Below, piece after piece: positions 60,392 to 64,000 of a stretch of DNA of 64,000 bases. A program made the position numbers and the translations under genes. This stretch comes from Neophaeotheca triangularis (Eukaryota), in assembly GCA_054600435.1 (NCBI GenBank), contig BAAIJX010000018.1:248001-312000 (forward strand). The letters run 5' to 3'. The notes under the pieces are model-generated. The model was not told the origin of the DNA and did no database searches. It saw only the letters and a list, made by a program, of their open reading frames with translations. The first letter of the stretch is position 1. Each line of letters starts with the position of its first letter.

Positions 60392-60848
60392 TGTTACGGA
60401 CAACACACGACTAGGACATGAAGGAAGAGATTATTGGATAAAGACTGAAAGCGCTAATGGCAGGACTCCGAGACTAAGCACACGGAGCTTGCCAAGAACT
60501 AAGCACGCTAAGAACTAAGCAGCCTCTTGCTTAGTAATGCTTAGTTGAACTGATCACTACTAATCAGTCTCGAGTACTGAGCAGCTCCTCGCTTAGCGGC
60601 GCTTAATGGGACTAAGCACCACTGATTAGGATGATTAACACGAATCTCTTTTGTATTTAGCTAGTGGTGTTTCCTAGGTAGAGATGTGTGTTCAACTCAT
60701 GTTACAATCTTACTGAAAGGTCTACAGCGACACTTTACGTATCTTTGAAATCCTTACGACAAAGGAAACACCCTTGCTAGCCTTCTTCGATATCTCTCCT
60801 CTTCCGCTACGAGCTCTACCCGTGAGACTACCTTGTAGGATCGCAACA
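60392..60848 (+). mobile_element. Solo LTR (457 bp) nested at the gag/pol junction, 5-bp TSD CTACT
   Basis: TG...CA termini; CTACT at 60387-60391 and 60849-60853. Confidence 0.95.
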
Positions 60849-60857
60849 CTACTTCTT

Positions 60858-60897
60858 AAAAAACGAATAGGACCTATTACTAAGAGCGAGCATTAGG
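60858..60897 (+). other. Programmed -1 frameshift signal (A AAA AAC plus downstream stem-loop)
   Basis: Gag ends TTA AAA AAC GAA TAG; the -1 frame leads to the protease motif. Confidence 0.8.
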
Positions 60898-63601
60898 AAC
60901 TAAACAACATAAATACTTAATATGAAATAACATTAGGAACGGTCTTCTAAACAATATATACTATCGATAGATATGAAACCTTTACTATAATAGATTCTAG
61001 AGCTAGTAGAAACTTTATCTTAGAAACATTTATATATTAGTATAGGCTAGCTACCTAGAAGAAAACAGATAGTAGGTACGAACTAATAGCTGTAGACAGC
61101 TTATTACTACCTAATGTAGATAGCGAAATAGTACTACTACTACTTGTCTTCTAAAAGTATCATAAGCGAATTATCCTAGATGTTATACCTATAGCTAGAC
61201 ATAACATCATTCTAGGCACTCCTTAGTTAGAATAATATAATCCTATAGTAGATTAGAGAAAACGAGTACTTACATTCGATAGGTATAGTTATGTTACTAC
61301 AACCTACCCTACGCGCTAGTAGTAATCGATAGTAGATAAGAGAAGGTAGATCAACAAAACATATTGCTAATTAACCATAATACTAATATGAATTAGATTA
61401 GACTCTATAGGTACCGAACTAGCCTAAATAGACTAATAGGTAAGAGTTAAGGAAGGAAGTCATATACCTTCGGATATCCCTAGAGAATTCAGGAAATATA
61501 AGTACCTTTTCTAGGAAGAGGAAGGAGTAGCTACTCTATCTAGACATTAACTATAGGACTACTGAATCGACATTTAGCCTAGTATGAAAATACTATAGGG
61601 GCTACTTTATACGCTATCCAAAAAAGAGCTTGAAGAATAATGATAATAGCTAGATGAAAAGATGAAGAAAGGATAGATCCGACCCTCTACTTTATTAGCT
61701 ACTTTACTACTGTTTTTTATTCTAAAGAAAGGAGGAAAGTTATAAATAGTTATCGATTTTAGACGACTTAATATAATCACTACTAAAAACCGTTATCTAC
61801 TACCTAATATCGACGAGATAAGAGATCGACTTACTAGTTCATACTAGTTCACTAAAATCGATCTCTAAGATACATTCTATTTAGTTAGAATAGTAAGGGG
61901 GGAAGAGTAGAAAACAGCTTTTCGAACGTACTATAGACTTTACGAATTCTAGGTTATATCTATAGGACTCATAAATGCCCTAGTAACCTATTAATAACTC
62001 GTTAATAACATCCTACGAGACCTGCTTAACATTACTGTTATTACCTATATTGACGACATATTAGTCTTTACGAAAAGATTATGAGAATAGTATACTAAGG
62101 ACATATATACTATATTCGAATGACTCAATAAGGTAGACTTTAGGATAGTACTAGAGAAGTACGAGTTCTATAAAAAGGAAGTCGACTTTCTAGGCTTTAT
62201 GATTAGCACTACTAGGATCTAAATAGATCTAAAGAAAACTTAATCGATCGAGGAATAGCTAACACCTAAGTTAGTTAAGGACATCTAAGCGTTCCTCGGA
62301 CTAGCTAACTATAATCAGAAATTCGTGTAAGACTATTTAAGGCTCGCTATACCTCTAACTAATCTTATAAAGAAAGATATACTATTCATATAGGGAAAGA
62401 TTTAACAACAATCCTTCGATAAGCTTAAGGAGTTATATATGACTACCTCTATACTTAGGATGTTCGACCCTAAGAGACCTATCTAAATCGAAACCGATAC
62501 CTCTAATAGAGTAATAGGAGCTTGCCTTATATAGGAGGTTAAAAGCAAACGATACCCTATTGCCTACTTCTTAAGGAAGATGTTACTAGTAGAATAGAAT
62601 TACGAGATCTATAATAAAGAACTACTCGTAATTATTATAATATTATGATACTAGAGAATATACTATAAAGGAGTAACTAGACTAACTATTTACTTAGATC
62701 ATAAGAACCTATAATACTTCATAACTACTAAGGAACTATTACGCTAAAAATATAGATAGTTAGAGCTACTTAGACAATATAAGTTTAACATAGTCTACAC
62801 TCCCGGAAAAGATAATAGGCATGTAGATATGCTAAGTAGAAGAAGCGACTATATAGAAGGGTACCTTCTATAGTAATACTATATACTAAAGGTTAATAAG
62901 GATAGAAGCCTAAGCGCTAACCCTTAGGAATTTAACTTAGTATTATAAGTACTATAGGATGATACTGAAGAATTCCCTATCGAACATAGGAAGTTTAGGG
63001 TTCTAAATAAAAAGGAACGCTAGTGTATCTAGGACTACTATAATAGACCTACTAACGGACATCTAGGAATCGCTAGAGTAGTAGAACATATTAGACATAA
63101 CTTCATATTCCCTAGAATAAGACAGAAGGTCTTAGAGTACATTAAGAAATATATGAGCTACTAATAAAATAAAGCTTTGAGACATGCTAAATATAGAAAC
63201 CTATAATTCTAGGAGCTACTAGATCTACTATAGAATAAGGTTATAATGGATTTTATCATTAAGTTACTAAGATCTAAGGACCTGTTAACAAGTAAGGACT
63301 ATGATTTAATTCTAGTTATAGTCGATAGACTTACGAAGTATTCACATTTCGTTCCCTATAACGAGATAATTACTATAGAGGAACTCGGATACCTTATTCT
63401 CGACAGATTAGTATAATACTATAGCATTCCTACAGTTCTAATTATAGATAGAGATAAGCTCTTTACATCTAACTACTAGAAAACCTTGATTTTAGTAATT
63501 AGAGTGAAACATGAACTATCGACAGCATTTTACCTAGAAACTAATAGATAGATAGAATGCTTAAACTAATCCCTCGAAACATACTTAAGACATTATGTTA
63601 A

Positions 63602-64000
63602 TGTTACGGGATTTCCCGAACACAGGATTTCATTAGTTAGTATAGAAGGATTAAGAGCTAAGGAACGTAGCGTCTCGACAAAACGCGGTCGAGCTGCATC
63701 CTAACCACACTTCGGCCGAAGACTTATGCTATGTCTCGCTTAGCTCGCGTCGAGACAGTCGACCTTGCTCGACTACTCGACGGGCGAGATGGCGAGCAGA
63801 AATCGACTATCTCGAGAACGAGACAGTCGAGACACACGAATCTCCTTTGTATTTAGGTAGCGACATTTCCTAGATAGAGATTTATGTTCAACTTATGTTA
63901 CAATCTTACTAAAAGGTCTATAGCGACACTTCACGTATCTTTGAAATCCTTACGACAAAGGAAACACCCTTGCTAGCCTTCTTCGATATCTCTCCTCTTC
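63602..64000 (+). mobile_element. Third LTR inserted into the integrase region (solo LTR or start of a nested element), truncated by window end
   Basis: TGTTACGG interrupts LRHYVN-coding sequence; 63837-64000 aligns with the other two LTRs. Confidence 0.9.

Larger units (their letters stand above)
57730..64000 (+). mobile_element. RIP-inactivated Ty3/gypsy LTR retrotransposon (CfT-1/Maggy-like chromovirus type), runs off the window
   Basis: Domain order: 5' LTR; gag from ~58189 with decayed CCHC knuckle at ~58962; protease IDS(G)AS(G)NFI ~60990; RT KNRY.LPNID ~61785 and YIDDILVF 62046; RNase H IETD ~62487; integrase MDFI/VDRLTKY ~63246-63340. Confidence 0.95.

Overview
Eukaryotic DNA from a filamentous ascomycete. 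Short GT-AG introns with CTRAC branch sites and a RIP-mutated repeat block fit a Dothideomycete, but the taxon is inference only. Bases 1 to ~53.5 kb are gene-dense. Conserved genes: cyclin H, an importin-beta, ORC2, FUN14, PDX1, aminopeptidase P, ARG7, ATG101, RMP1, GPI7, a Mei2-like RRM protein, SEC15, a GT8 glycosyltransferase, YTP1, SWI5, a CDF transporter, RNase III and RSM27. Interspersed are two orphan tandem families: a pair at 0.2-2 kb, one member carrying Sup35-like QQGGY repeats, and a trio at 5.4-10.5 kb with a shared CWPYP motif and identical micro-exon architecture. Non-coding DNA holds two degenerate repeat arrays (~52 nt period at 35 kb, ~120 nt period at 49 kb) and a structured B-box-containing segment at 54.3 kb. 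From ~55.7 kb the sequence is AT-rich and RIP-mutated. It contains a decayed spliced gene and a Ty3/gypsy element with an apparent self-priming PBS and a -1 frameshift site. Two younger LTRs are nested in it, sharing R-U5 but with unrelated U3 halves. All calls come from reading the sequence; no database searches were run.
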